A stretch of DNA of 64,000 nt from Adineta vaga (GCA_021613535.1 CP075493.1:17174001-17238000), one strand, 5' to 3'; counted from the stretch's first letter, positions 37,024 through 50,921 are shown. Notes: generated by a model from the letters alone, not told the origin. Made by a program: numbers and translations.

Positions 37024-37948
37024 TATGTAAATTTATATTATAAATATTATTACTTTTTGTTTAACAATTCTTTCTTTACCTTTTAGTATGATGTTGTACC
37101 GGAAGTGTCAAATATTTTACTTTGTCACTCAGCTAACACAATTATTGAAGGTATTAACATAACTTCTACATCAATCGCTGGTTATGTTTTCAATACTGAT
37201 TAAAATTTAAAACTTTTTGGTCTCCCTCGTTCAACTACTGACTGGATGCGTAAAGTTGATGAATTACATAAGAAATCTAACTTATGAACAAAGTTTTATT
37301 TGATGTAGCATATACATCAATGATCAAAAATCGAACTTTTATCTCACATGAATTCGAATCTTTTATGTGTCACTTATGATTTAATCTGATAATTAGTAGA
37401 CTAATAAAAGAAGGATGATGGGAAAATATAATCATGCTATTAGTTGTAATACGAGTTAAGACTAAATAGAATTCCAATTATATTTCTCCTGTAGTTTTTG
37501 AATTCTATGCAGAATTGTATTCATTTGAGCAGTATATCATTTCTTGGAAAGTATAATGCAATTTGGTTTTCTGCTAGGATGGATAGAATTCTATCAAATT
37601 TCTGTTGCAGTTTTTGGATTGTATGCAGAGTTTTCATATGAGAGTAGTGCTTAGGTCGAGTGAGTGTTGGGTGTATATGTGAGGGACGTATGATTTGATC
37701 TTGATAAACTAAATGCTTATTTTATATGGAGAAGTCCATAAAATTCTGAATTCTGTTGAGTTAGAATTCTGCAGCCCCAAAGTATTATATGAACTATTCA
37801 ACTTTTGCGGTTTATTTTAAGAATTTGGAAATAGATATGGAAAGGTAATAAATGGAAATGATCGAGAAGAGTAAAGAAATACGTTACTCTTTCTAATCGA
37901 AAGAGTAAATCAAGTATCCATAAACATATATAATAGAGTCAATATTGT

Positions 37949-40900
37949 TTAAACGGTTAAATTTCGAAATTCAGTTGGGGTATTATTTTCAAATCCATAA
38001 TGTTGACTCATGCGAGATCCCACTTGGTACCAGGCCTTCTTCAGAACATTCTCCCAACTTTTGTCATTAATAATTCTGATGTTGCGCCATGCGGGAAAGT
38101 TCTTTTTAACATGTTCAAGAAAATTAAGCCCTTGACTATGTTCATATTGGCCAACTTGTACTTGTTTTTGTGAACCAGAAGATTCAACATAACCATTAAA
38201 TGTTTGAACGGAAGCACCGGAATGGGTTTGTACACGAACTTCAAAATTTGTTTTCGATCCAGCCTTACCTTTTGGTCCACTAAAATAATGTACAGACACG
38301 GTGTAAATTCCACTCTTAGCTGGTCGAAAATAGACGTTTTCAATTGGTGTTGTTGATGAACATTTATTAGCCGGACATGTGCCATCATGATAACATACAT
38401 TCATATCTCTATCTAAATATCCTGAACACGTTGAACACTTTGTGTGTCCGTAATAAAGATCTGTTCCACAAGGACATGCCACATGTAAATCCAGATCATT
38501 ACTATCGTGCCAGATTAATGATATAGTAACTTCACCTTGACCAACTGAGTATTGATTCATTCTTTCCCTAATTTCTTTGTTTTCATGAATTGATAATTGA
38601 CTTGATGCGTGTTCTTTCCATTTACTATGTCTAATTGTAAATTCACTATTACATAAATCAAAAACGAAACCTTTTCTTCCATTTGGAAGTACTTCATAAG
38701 ATTCATTAAATGCCATTAATCGATGTTTATTGGACTGATGTGTATCGTGACGTCCTGCGCCCTCTTCACATTTACAACCACAAAATGGACATTGTTCAAT
38801 GCATCCAAGTGCTTCTTGTAGATTTGTATCTTTAACTTGATCCCTTTCTTTTAACATATCATCAGTTAAAATAAATTTCGATTCAGAAGTATCCATTTCA
38901 GCTTGATAAAGACTTTGAATTTTATTTGTAATAGCTGCTAAAAATACTTTTGGATTAGTTATTGGATAAATTGAAATATTTTTAAATAAAATATCTGGAT
39001 TATCTAATTCTTTTGGATGAGAATATCGTAATTGTAATGAATGTTTTTCATTTAATTTTTTTAACTGTTCCAATGCATTTCGTCCTTCTAAATATGGTTT
39101 GAAAAAATCTCGAATACAATCGGAATCATTATCAACTTGTACATCAGTAGTTTTAGAATCTTTAAAAATAGATTCGAGTTGTTTCAAATTTTCAATTAAA
39201 TTTTGACATTCTTCATTAAAAAATTTTCGACAATCATTTTCACATTTATTTTTAACAATAACATCTTTACCATCAAAATATCTTGTATAAACTTTTCTCA
39301 TATATTCTAACATTTTTGTAATATAATCATAAATATCATCGCAATTATATTGTCCATTTTTTTCATAGAAAACTTCATCCGATTTTCTAACCAATTCAGT
39401 CGGCTGAAGAATAGTTTCTTGTTTTAAATTTCGTTTGTATTCTCTTTCTGTTTTTGTTAAACATCCAGTTTTGATATTATGAAATAACTTTTGTGCCATA
39501 CATTCACCATTATCCATATCACTAAATGTTCGATCAAGTCTACTTTGAAAATCTTGTAATAAATTATGAATATCATCGATAGCTTTTTTTTCAAGTTTTT
39601 CATATGTTTTCTTTTCATCTGTAATCATTTTCTCAAGAATAATATCATATAACCATTCAACTAATTCAGTTCCAAAAGTAACAGTAAATTCTAGATCATT
39701 ATCATCTAAAAATTTTTGACTTAATTCCGTCATTTTTGCTTGAATTTCTAAGAGATGTTGTTTTAAACAAATAATTTCATATTCGGCTCTTTCAAAAACT
39801 TCTTTTCCAATTTTGTTCTTTAAATAATCACTCATTTCAAAAAACATTGAATAAATCAATACTAGTGCATCTGAATCGATACAAACATCGTACAAATCAT
39901 TTAGTTCTTGTTGATTTGCTGAATTACGTTGATTTTGTACTTGATTTGGATTTCCATTCTTTGTTTCTGACAAAAATGGTACTAAATCAACAACAAATGC
40001 AGTAAATTGTTTCCATTTTGCCACTATTTTATTTTCAGATCTTTGAATATGAAGTTTTTCGTGTGTAACACGTGCTGGGATAGCAGGAGTATTGGATGAA
40101 CTTGGTTTGTTTGTTCTTGCTGCTTTTCTCCTATTATTCATAAGTATTGGTATTTTCTTCAGAACTTCTTTATTTCTTAAAGCTTGTTGTTGACATTCAA
40201 TTAATGTAATAATATTATTACATGAAGAAATCATTTCTGCAGCTTTTTGTTGAAGCGTAATAACACTATAAAAGACTTTTTCTACAGGTATTGTTCCAGT
40301 TGCTGATATAATTTGATTTTTAACAAAATTACGCCATTGCTCAATAGTTTTCTTATTCGCGTCTAAATTTTGTTTGATTTGTTTTAATGTTTCATCCATT
40401 GAATTTTTAAACCAAATTTTAAGTTCATCTTTTTTCTTATTCACTGCATCATCAGAAATATTTTCTTTAGCTTTTTGCCATTCAAGAATTTTTGTTTCAC
40501 TACGCATTTGTAGATCTGCTAGTGCAGCCTCAATTTTACCTTGAATTTTACGTTTTTGAGCAATAGCTTTATATTTTTGCACTGCTTGTGTTTTACTTGA
40601 TTTTATTGCATAACATAGTCGATCATTGTATTCAATAAGTAATTTTTCTGCATATGAACGTTTTTCCGTTTCTTGTTTAAATTCATGTTTGACATTTGTT
40701 GTAAAAATTTGTTCTTCTTCTTCAAAACGTTGCTCAACATCGCAATCAAAATTATCCGAGTAATTAACAACCGCTTCTTGTTCTGTTAAAATTATTTCAA
40801 GTTTCGAACGAAAACTTGTTTTTTCAGCATTTGGTTCAATATAATTTTGCATTATTCGTGTAATAATTTCACCAAGTTCTTTTCTATCATTAATTTCTTT

Positions 40901-43900
40901 AATAGAATCAATCATAAGAATACTATTAAAAAGGTTAAGTGTTGCCCAAATTTCTGTTGCTTGTTTAACCCAATCAGTAAGACTCTTAAATTTTTTTTCA
41001 TTTTTACTAACTATAACAGCTTCATCGAAAACAATTTTTCGTAAATCTTGAATAAGTTCAGCAAATTTTGCATTTGTTGTTGATGTTTGAAAAAGTTCTT
41101 TATCTTTATTATAAATTGAATCTTTATTGAATGCAGTTAACATTAGGAAAAAAGCTTTTTCTTCTTTAAAATCAAGAACTTGAGCTAAATCAACTTGACA
41201 TAATTCGCTAACTTCTTTTAATTCTCTTTTAATACTATCAATCATTTCTTTTTGTTTATCAACATTTAAATCCATCATATTTCTTAAAATAAATATAATT
41301 ATTGGACGAGTTTTAAACATTTTCAATTGATTTGCAGCAAAAAGACTAATTGTTAAAATTTTTTTCATTGCTGCATTTATTTCTCCATTTAAATTAATAA
41401 GCATAATTTGTGAACATGCCATTGAAAATACAGTTAATTTTTTATCATATTCTTCATTAGCTTTTTCAATCGACATAAGTCCTTCTGTATCAAGTACCAT
41501 TAATGTTTTTGCATTTGGATAATTAGTTTTGAATAAAGAAGCATATAAACCTTTTGTACAACGACCAGCACTCATTTGAAAATTACTTCCAAATAACATA
41601 TTTAATAGAGTTGATTTTCCTGTACTTTGTGGTCCAATAACAGAAACAACATATGGTTCATCAATTTCACCAAGTTTACTTTCAAGTCTTCGAAATATTT
41701 CAGCAACAATTTTTGTATTAAATTCATTATTATCACCATCAATAATTTCAATTTCATTACCTTTACTTATATATTCAACAAATGCATTTATGTATGAATC
41801 TTTGTTGAATGAATTTATAGAAGATTGTTTTGTCAGAAAATCGTCATCGCCAAACATTGATAGTAATTCTCGCATAAAAAAGTCTTTATTAATTGTTTGT
41901 TTATCGATTGTATCCGAATTTTCAATTTTTTGTTTTTCTAATTCTTCTTTAAACCGTTTAGCTTCAGTCAATTCAGCTGAATTTTTATTTTGCATTTCTA
42001 ATGTTTGAATTTTTGTTTGATAAATCTTTAGTTTATCCAAAATAGCATTTCGTTGTTTAAATAATGGAGATAAAATCGGATTTTGCCAAGCACATACTCG
42101 TTTATCCATTTCGATAATACAATCAAATTTTTGTTCGATAAATATTTTATTATACTCCAATACTAAATCACTGGGTACAATTAAAGCTTTATTTTTGGCT
42201 AGCTGATTAATAGATTGATCAATTAAACTTAATGTGACAGCTTTTTCTTCAGAATCTTTACCGATAAGTTTAGCTTTCTTTCTTCTTTCTTCTTGAATTT
42301 TATTATTTGCTTCAATATGTTTAAATAAATACGATTGTAAATTTCGCATGTTTCGATCAATACTTTTTAATAATTTATCAATATGGATAGAAAATTTTTT
42401 TGTTTGTTCATCTTGAATATCAAAATAAACAGTATCAAATTGTTGTGAATATACTTTATTTTCAATTTCAATATAAACATTATAATCTTCTTCTCGTAAT
42501 TTACCGTTATTTGGCAACTTAGCAGTTTTTTCTCCAATCCCAATTAATGTAAAAAGTTTTTCTCTTAAAGTCACTAAATTTGAATCGAACTCAGGATTGC
42601 CATGTTCAATTTTACATATAGATAAAATATGTTCAGTTTTCTTTTGTTGAAGTTTTTCTTTGTGTTCGTTAGTTAATCGTCTATAATCCCTCATGATGCA
42701 AATAATTTGATTATCATCGAATGAGAACGATTTTAATATTTTAAATATCATATTCGTTTCTTCGAATGATGTTGTTTGCAGAAATATCCAACAGTTTTTC
42801 ATAGGTAGTATATAACAAAATATTTTTAGAAGATTTTCCAGTTGAGGAACATGACCATGAACATCAAATATAGTAAAACCACAAGAAAATTCTGGTGTAG
42901 AAAAGATAGCATCAATACCACCATTTATTCTTCCAACTTTATTAGTAATAAATTGTGTATTAAAAATTTTATTTAATAGTGTACTTTTACCAATAGAATT
43001 TGATCCTAAAGAAATAACAATTGGACAATCAGTAGATAAACAATATGAATAAGCTCGAAGAGGTATTTTATACATTAATTTGTTATTAATTATCCATTCA
43101 TATGCAAATGGTAAAGCAATACTGAGTTTTTTTAATAAAGAAATAATATAGGTTTGATGATTTTTATAGCGTTCAATCATACATACTATGATTGTTTTGT
43201 AATCTGTTCCATAAACTGATAATGTATCATCCCAAAATATTTCCGAGGCACTAAGTCCAGAAAGATCAATACCTTTTTTTATTTTGTTCACTATAAATGG
43301 TAACATTATATCGATCAATGGTTGATTATGTTCATTTATTCCTTGTTTAACAATATTTTGAAATTTTAGAAAATCTAAAAGTATTATTTTTGAAAACAAA
43401 TCTTCCGAATAATATTCATCACAACCAAGCATTATGTTTTGAAGATCTTTTATACTTGTATATTTCTCATCATCTTCTTTTGGTTTACTAACCATATTTT
43501 GTATCTTTTCATTGTTGTTAATCGCATTGATTAATAGAGATAAATGTCTTTTAATCATTTTAGGAGTAATTAATTCAATAGCTTGTTCAATTCCGTTTTC
43601 AAGAAGACATTGAATAAATTGATTAAACAAAGATTGTTCTAAGACTTTGAAATTATTATCTTTCCAAATTTTAGCAAATTCAATTTCTAGTAATTCTTTG
43701 TTTGTTTTTTCTTCCGATAATAAACAACCCGTATCAGTTATGTTATTGATTTGGTTACGAATATCTTTGTTATTTGTTAATTCAGATTTAATTTGCATAA
43801 AATCTTCAGGTGTACATTCATCTTCAAGCATTTTTAATCCAGTAGTAAAGTTTAAATTTAATTCAGAAACTATCATATCTATCATATTTTCAGTAATATG

Positions 43901-46241
43901 ATGTTTTTTCAAAATGTTTTTTAAAATACTACTTGAATTCTCAATTGGCTCCGAGGACAATTTTAAGTTCCACAGTTTTTTCAATGTTTCGTCTGATTGA
44001 ATCTTGTTAATGAGATTTTTAATTTTTTTAGGAATAACAATATTTTTCAGGTGATCATTAAGAATATCAGTAATTTTATCTTGATCATCAAATAATAAGT
44101 TGAAGAGCGACTCATAATCGACTTTATCTGAAGGAACATTTTCAGATTTGAAATGTTTAATCATTTCAATTCTAAATTCGTTATAAATATTGCTAGCAGG
44201 ATCCTGTTTATATTGTTTTCTAGCCTGTCTAATTTCTTTAATCTTCTCACTTTCCATAAAATTATTTTTGAATTGTTCGAAATCAACAGGTAAAAGATAA
44301 TCTTCCATTATTTCGAAAATAGTAATATCGTCATCAAATAATCGTTGAGCTATGTTGTGAAAATCCAGCTCGTCAGAAATTTGGTATCGTCGCCACAATG
44401 ATTTCAGCTCAGTTTCGAATTGAGCAAAATAGTCACATTCTGGTAATGCATTTGCGTCAGATGATTTTGCTTTCCAAATGTTCTTTATTTCAGGATGGTT
44501 AATAAATTTTTCTTGAAAAGATTTGTATTGATGGTCCATCAATATATCTTTAATATTCTCCAACGCTTCTAACTTTTCATCGTACAGAAGATTGCTAACT
44601 TGATTAATGTCTATTTCTTCTAGTGGAGGTTCGTATTCGCGTAGAAGATCAATTAGTGTATTTCGAAATTTTTCAAATAAATTTTCAGTTTCAGTTGTAG
44701 CTAAAATACAAAAGCGAAATGAATAAAGGGTAGAATGTCCATTTAACAATGACGCCTAGATTTTATTCTTTGAAAAATGGCCTTCCGATGAAATGTTCTT
44801 GAGAAAAATGTCTTTTGAAATATAGTTCCATATGTAAAAATATCTTTCATCCTGAATTCAAGGTATTAAATAAGATCAGGTCGATGTGCAGATGATGCTA
44901 TAGTCCAAGTAGATCTTACAAATAATCAGGACGGGTGTGAGTGAAAGTTAAACCTAATATCCACACCCACACGCTCAAGTGCTACAAAATGGCCCAAAGT
45001 ATTCAAGTAGCTGGAAGTACGTCAAATTAGCTCAAAGTATTTGTAAAGTAGCTCAAAATATGCGTAAAGTAACTGAAAGTACTCAAAAGTAACATAAAGT
45101 AACTTCAAGTCCAAAAGTCCGCTGTTTCCTCCTTGGTGTGTGCATTCATCTAACTCATGTATGTCTCACAGCCACATCCTCCAGTCTTCGCACCAAACCT
45201 TTTAGTCCGTATGATGTATAATACTCCTTTCAAAATCTGGTCGAAGTCAGTAGGCTTACCTGAATTCGTTGTCGGTGATGATGACGCATTGTTATGAATT
45301 GATTCGTTGGATTCTTGTATTGAAAAAGACTCCGGTGTGGAGACAGGAGACTCGATCATAGCTTTAACTGCTTCGAAAAGTGGATTGTATCTGACCGGTT
45401 GAATCCTTGCCTTCACTGATTCAATACCAGCTAACCAACCCATTTTAGTAACATTCTCTGCTGCTAATTTGTACAGTTGATTCTTTGAGTCAGGAATTTT
45501 ATGTTGTTTGAACAGTTGTGGAATTTTTTCAAAATAATAAATACGTAACGCAAGAAATAATGCTGATTGAGGATCGTTCAGCTGTTCATTTAAATCATCT
45601 TGTGAAATGTATTGAGAAAATTTATGGCAAGCCTGTAATCCCTCATTTGTGATACATCTCCATAAATTCGTAAAAACGCTCTCATTCTTCAAACAATGAT
45701 CATCAATACCACAAAACAACATTTGCAGCACAACTGCCAGGATTGAAGATGACTGTGTGTAAGTACTACCATATTCAGCTGTGTGTTGAAGAACAGCCTC
45801 AAAATGGTCACTATTTTCGTTCTTTACTGTGGCCATAAATTCCCAGATCTTTGGTTGACTTAAACAAGCTGCTTCCCATTGCTCACCGACATACTGTTTA
45901 ATTACTTTTAATAGCGGACTTTCTTTCGTTAACTCTGATGTAAGAATTGAATGACGATCAGCAGAATTGTCAATTTCAGCTGAGTAAACTTCAGGAATAA
46001 GGACACCTTGATATTTAACTAATGCTTGGCGACCATTTGTCAGCACGTCGGAAATGATTTGGTCTTTTTCTTCTATGAGTGTCAACTCCAAAATCTGACT
46101 AATTTCTTCCACTATTTTACCATCAACTGGTGTGCTTGAAGTCATATACGTGTTTGATTCTGTAGATTGAGTAGTACAGTTTGTGACTGATGAAATTATT
46201 GAAATACTGTCAATATCAATAGTCGGCCCATCAGACGCCAT
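37949..46241 (-). CDS. Very large inducible GTPase (VLIG/GVIN-like) of about 2577 aa with two GTPase-like domains and an inserted YfaP/DUF2135-like domain
   Basis: Exon 1 (46241-45260) and exon 2 (44700-37949) splice in phase (TTNSA-TTE). P-loops LGSNSIGKSTLLN and VIGPQSTGKSTLLNMLFG..SAGRCTKG..LDTEGL; VLIG C-terminal GC.EQCPFC...C..H..H..HR; then ISLIWHDSNDLDLHV..LDRDMN..PIENVYF..G.YTVSVHYFSG. Confidence 0.9.
44933..44979. repeat. Inverted telomeric cassette within the GTPase intron
   Basis: GGGTGTGAGTG-spacer-CCACACCCACACGCTCAAG. Confidence 0.7.
44980..45132. repeat. About 11-bp degenerate tandem repeat (AAAGTAGCTCA-like), probably the subterminal end of a truncated DNA transposon
   Basis: Repeated AAAGTA cores ending in CCGCTGTTTCCTCC. 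The other end is absent beyond the cassette. Confidence 0.45.
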
Positions 46242-46584
46242 TATTTCTTTCAAACCTAATAATTTGAATTGACGCTGTATAAAATATCTAAAAGAAACTA
46301 ATCGTAAGAATTTTCAGAATCTGTGTAAATGGGATTATAAATAGTGAAGAAGTCTATAAAGATCGATAACTACATCCAAATTCTTTAAGACAGCCTTTGC
46401 CATCTGTGTGGCAGACCTATATCATCTAAACAGAAGTAATATCCTATCGATGAGATTATGATTCTAAGCATATGTCTGGAACAGCCATCCAATTCTGCAA
46501 TGTTGAACATCGCGGAATAGGATATATTCTCTATGCCTGAGTATCAACGGAAGTATTCTGGAAGATATATTGTGAAAGAGAATA

Positions 46585-46781
46585 CACACGCTAAAAAATA
46601 GGAGTTTTACCGAACCTACATCCGCGGGAAGATCCTTTGAGGTTTCGTAGCGATTTACGGAACCAAAAACGTTCGGTAGAATGTTCACCAATCTGTTTTT
46701 AGTTCGACAAATCGATATGAAACCTCAAAGGATTCTTCCCCTGGATACAGGTGTCGGTAAAATTCCTATTTTTTTAGTGTG
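46585..46781. mobile_element. Palindromic MITE
   Basis: About 85-bp inverted arms, CACGCTAAAAAATAGGAGTTTTACCGA.. / ..TCGGTAAAATTCCTATTTTTTTAGTGTG, flanked by TA. Confidence 0.75.
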
Positions 46782-46845
46782 TAGCAGACACGTAGATAAA
46801 ATACACATTATTTAATTACTATCCATTGAAGAGGATGAATAGTTA

Positions 46846-46932
46846 GCAAGGGGGGAAAAGCGAGACTTGATCTACTTTAGGTAGTATTTTAAAGTACGAT
46901 GAAGTAGATTGGAGTCTCGCTTTTCTCCTTTG
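46846..46932. repeat. Short imperfect palindrome (mini-MITE)
   Basis: GGAAAAGCGAGACT..TCTACTT / AAGTAGA..AGTCTCGCTTTTC. Confidence 0.6.
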
Positions 46933-46999
46933 ATAGTAGATCATAAAATCGAAGGTATTGGAACTCTTTAATGCCCTTAAAAGTTAGACATAACTTACA

Positions 47000-47335
47000 T
47001 TAAGGTAATGGAGGTGGTCAAAATTCATCAATTTTTCCACACGCTGAAAATAGTATAAAATGAAAGTACTCGACGAGCACATCTGTAATTTCACATTCAT
47101 ATCCCCAGGTCTTGTCTTTTATTTTTAGCTGTTTTCCCGTATTCTGTGTGCCATTCTCATTCAGATTCAAGGTAATAACTATTAAAAATGCCATAGTTGA
47201 GACAGACTCTCTATAAGAAAGGGATGAGATCAACAAAAAAGAATGTGGAATTAGTGATGTACTCGTCGAGCACTTTCATTTTATACTATTTTCAACGTGT
47301 GGAAAAATTGATAATTTTTCGACCACCCCCTTTAT
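47000..47335. mobile_element. MITE with about 90-bp TIRs (possibly Kolobok-like)
   Basis: GGTGGTC..TCAATTTTTCCACACG.TGAAAATAGTATAAAATGAAAGT.CTCGACGAG is inverted at 47242-47328, with TTAA-like flanks. Confidence 0.7.
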
Positions 47336-47689
47336 ACTGCACTGAAAAAAAAGCGAGGAATAATTAACTATCAAAAAGTGTTTTTGCCCACTAAATTAAT
47401 TTATTAGCGTGCTCTAACCTTTCATAAAACCTTTTTGTCAGAGAATCAGGTAAGAGTGTGTCCCGTTGCAAACTGATATACTCTTGTACTGGTTTTTGTC
47501 TTGATAAACCCTGTTCTGAATAATTCAACAGAATTAACCCTCAAATACAGATTTCACCGGTATCTATAACAAATGCACCATCTTGAGGGTTGATTCTGTT
47601 GAATTATACAAATACATGCGGAAACTTCGAATTTTATCCGAAAGTTATGTGTACTGCAAAAAGTGTATGAGATAGAAGAAACAGGAAAA

Positions 47690-47895
47690 TATCAGTATTT
47701 TTTCAATAACTCAGCGATGGCTCGTCCAATCAGGCTCATCTTCGAATTCGAGCGAGATATTGGCATAACAATACTCTAGCAAATTTCCTCATAATCGGAT
47801 TAGCCGTTCGGGAGTTACCATGTAAACGAACCGATGGACGGACACGTCGAGTGATTCTAGTAATGCGCTCACTTTTCCTGTACACTTGAAAAAGT
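47690..47895 (+). mobile_element. HINE/DINE-1-like repeat, homologous to 48600-48798
   Basis: Both share GCTCATCTTCGAA.TCGA..GAGATATTG, AAATTTC..AATCGGAT, GAGTTA...TGTAAACG and a GGACGGACAC microsatellite. Confidence 0.55.
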
Positions 47896-48058
47896 ACAAG
47901 GTTCTGAATCTCTTATCAATACCATATTGTTGGTACCTGGATTTTGTTGATCTGAGACCTTCAAATTCAAAGAAATTCTGTTATGAATGAATTTCAACAT
48001 TTTCCACCAACTAACCCACTTAAAATGACTTTTATAAAGTGAAATAATACAAAGAAAA

Positions 48059-48596
48059 CTTGGCTGAAAGTCACCAAGGTCTTCCTGCTGACCCCCACTG
48101 TGATGATTTTTGATAAACGACGCTTAAGCGCTGATGGAGATACGCTTTTCTTTATTTTTTCATATCATATATCGCATCGTTCTCACACAAAACGGCCACT
48201 TATATACCCTTCCGAAAGAGAAAAGGACAAAAGATTATAAGAATAGAATACAGAATAAGGACGAAGCGCAAAGTAAGGACAAATATAAGCATTTGACGTT
48301 TTTTCACTGATTCGTCACACTCACCCTAATGATGCCTACCACATTTTGACCTTTGTCTAGACCTAGGGAAGCACCACGAAAAGTTTCACAGCGTTATCTA
48401 TCACGGAACCACCTGGGTGAAATTTCACCCAGACCACCTCTCCCTACCCCCTACTCTTATACCAACACTTGCTCGACCTTTTACTAGACCTAGGGAAGCA
48501 CCATGGAAAGTTTGATGATCTTAGCTATTACAGAAACTGAATGGATAGCGAACAGGCAGACAAACAGAGAAACATGTTACTTTATATATAGAGATA
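48059..48596 (-). mobile_element. Non-autonomous Helitron-like element with a nested solo-LTR-like repeat
   Basis: The minus strand starts A-TCTCTATATATAAAA followed by a TGTY microsatellite. It has an internal duplicated CTAGACCTAGGGAAGCACCA and a 3' hairpin near 48059-48078. Confidence 0.45.
48099..48319 (+). mobile_element. About 220-bp TG...CA repeat, solo-LTR-like (copy 2)
   Basis: TGTGATGA...TCGTCACA, with flanks CCCAC/CTCAC (near 5-bp TSD). Confidence 0.6.
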
Positions 48597-48599
48597 TTG

Positions 48600-48798
48600 A
48601 GAAAATTTTCTGTAAGTGAGCAATAGTACAACCGACTGAGCTCATCTTCGAACTCGACTGAGATATTGATGAAACAATTATGTGTACAAAATTTCAGCTC
48701 AATCGGATGTGGGTATGAAGAGTTATCGTGTAAACGGCCGGACGGACACACAGACCGATTGTAGTAGTGTACTTACTTTTTGAGTACACTAAAAAGGT
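48600..48798 (+). mobile_element. HINE/DINE-1-like repeat
   Basis: GGACGGACAC microsatellite and terminal hairpin GTGTACT..TTTTTGAGTACAC. Homologous to the copies at 47690 and 18646. Confidence 0.55.
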
Positions 48799-49312
48799 TC
48801 TTTTAAAGGGTAGAACACGTTGATAAACGAATTTGGCAGTCAAAAACGACTTTTAAAGGCTATTACATGTCGCATTTTTTTCTTCATTGCAGTAATAAGT
48901 TTCGTCAAAATCGTGCAACTAAAATGTTGATTGTATGTTGTGAAACAAAATGAAGTGTTTTTTTCTTCTTACACTCTGAAAATGGCTAAGGTGGGCTTTT
49001 GCCCACTGTGCCGAATCAGAATATATGCATTGTTTTTTCTTTAAACGAGTTTCGTTTGAGACGCAATAAATCAAAATAAATTTCAAAAATACTAACATTC
49101 ATTTGCGCATATAGAGGACAAAACCCTACTATGTATTTTGTTCTCTGGGTTTCTTACCGTAATCGGGGATAAAAATATGTGAATGAAGGAGAAAGACCAG
49201 CAGATAAAAGATAAGAAGATAAAGAGAGCACTGCTGCAAAAATCATGACTCTTATTCTAATCAGAAACAAAAAAACTATTCAGCTTCTGTGTCCTGTCTG
49301 GAACACATGATC

Positions 49313-49351
49313 GGGTGTGAGGGTGAGGATGCGGGATAAGGGTGAGGGTGT
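49313..49351 (+). repeat. Telomere-like G tract with TGAGGG variants
   Basis: GGGTGTGAGGGTGAGGATGCGGGATAAGGGTGAGGGTGT. Confidence 0.6.
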
Positions 49352-49456
49352 AAATCAAGGTAAAACAGATTAATTTATATATGTAAGATACAAATTAATC
49401 TGCTAATTTCAACTTTTGTTGTTTAACAAACGATATAAATCAACAATGCTAAATCA

Positions 49457-49550
49457 AATCATGAGGGTGCGGGTGGGTGTGAATGTGGAATGTTGGTGTG
49501 AGTACTCCTGTCTTCTGTCACCCCACACCCACACCCACACCCTCAAGATT
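49457..49550. repeat. Inverted telomeric cassette with the extension on both arms
   Basis: AATCATGAGGGTGCGGGTGGGTGTG ... CCCCACACCCACACCCACACCCTCAAGATT. Confidence 0.85.
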
Positions 49551-49552
49551 CT

Positions 49553-50921
49553 TCTACAACAATGAAATGCACAGTTACGATATTTGTAGTTAGATAAATG
49601 AATAAAACTTCATTGTGATTCTATAAGTTTCAAACAGATCAGACTTATTGTACAGTTTATTACAACAAATATACATTGCAGTAAGGTACTTGCACAAAAG
49701 GCCCTCATTTTTAGAGATATTATTCGAAATATGATAGAAAACAAAAGTATATTTTCGAGTTCTTTTCATGTAAAAAACAAGGGAGGAAGGACGAGTCACG
49801 TATTATCAATATCTCAGCACCTTTTGATGCCGACGTAGTCATACATTTTCGGCTAAAGATCGAGGTGGTAACCTTTGACCATTAGCCTAAAATATATGAG
49901 CACCTGAGTTCCTAGCCAGCACCTATCATCATTTTTGAGTGCTTAGGTGTCCGCACTCCAACCCCTTGTAAAAATATTCCATTTTGCCTGATAAATACGT
50001 TTTCGTTTTGTTGATATTGGAGATTAAGTGGACAGATGATCGATACAAAATGTGAAAAAAGACTTTCGAATCTCTAACGATCCTAACAGGTCAAACTTTG
50101 TCTATGAATATAAGTATTCAACTGTGATCATGCTAGTTGATCATTAGCCAGACAAGTTATCCGGTAATTGTACACTTCTCATTCTCTTTTTAATGATGAA
50201 GATAACATGTTCTTAGCGAGATTCACAAAAAAAACTCGATTTTTTCTTACCCCGGTTGTTCAAAACGATATCTTTAATGTATAGGAGGATTGATCAATAC
50301 TATTCTTTCTTTTGTAACATTTCAAAATAAAGATATTCGTCAAGTTGAATGTGGAATTTATCTTCTCACAATTAATATGTTTACGATCAAATTTTGGTTT
50401 GTTCTACTCAGTCAGATCAATATCTCTACAAGTTTTTCTGTTCATCGAGGAGGTTGTCGATCAATTGAATTTCTTCTAAAATTATTTCTCTATTGGGATG
50501 GCTGGCTGAATGCTTGTGTCGCTGTAGAACGAGCGATAAATGTTTTCAAAGGTGTCAACTTTAATTAAAAAAAAGAGTAAACAATTCGTACCATGGATTA
50601 TCATTATTCTCTCGTTTTGTATCATGGGAAGTCTGATTCACGAGCCCATATATCGTGGTTTATTTGTATTTCAAACTCTAATAAACAGAACTATACAAAA
50701 TGAGGCATATGTCGATATGATTAATGGTGATACAGGAGAACGATATATCTCATGTATCATTACTTATCCTCAATCTGTTCAAGATTATAATACAGTTGTT
50801 CTATTTTTCCATCTCGTCGGTCCATTTATTGCGAATCTTTTCTCTACATTGTTCATCATGTTTGGAGCTGCTCGAAAACGATCAGCAGTGCGAACTGATC
50901 ATTAGTCCAATAGTTTTATTT
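49553..50921 (+). pseudogene. 7TM fragment of an LDLa-EGF-GPCR paralogue, interrupted by a transposon-like insert (about 49590-50280)
   Basis: STTMKCTVTIFV, then after the insert GGLINTILSFVTFQNK..CGIYLL..WLNACVAVERA..LIHEPIYR..PFIANLFS. Paralogous to 24365-25300, with frameshifts and deletions. Confidence 0.7.

Noticed and set aside
49001-49010. CACAGTG (RSS heptamer/Transib end) on the minus strand
   Set aside because: A single end with no partner TIR, TSD or transposase; not supportable beyond a possible relic.
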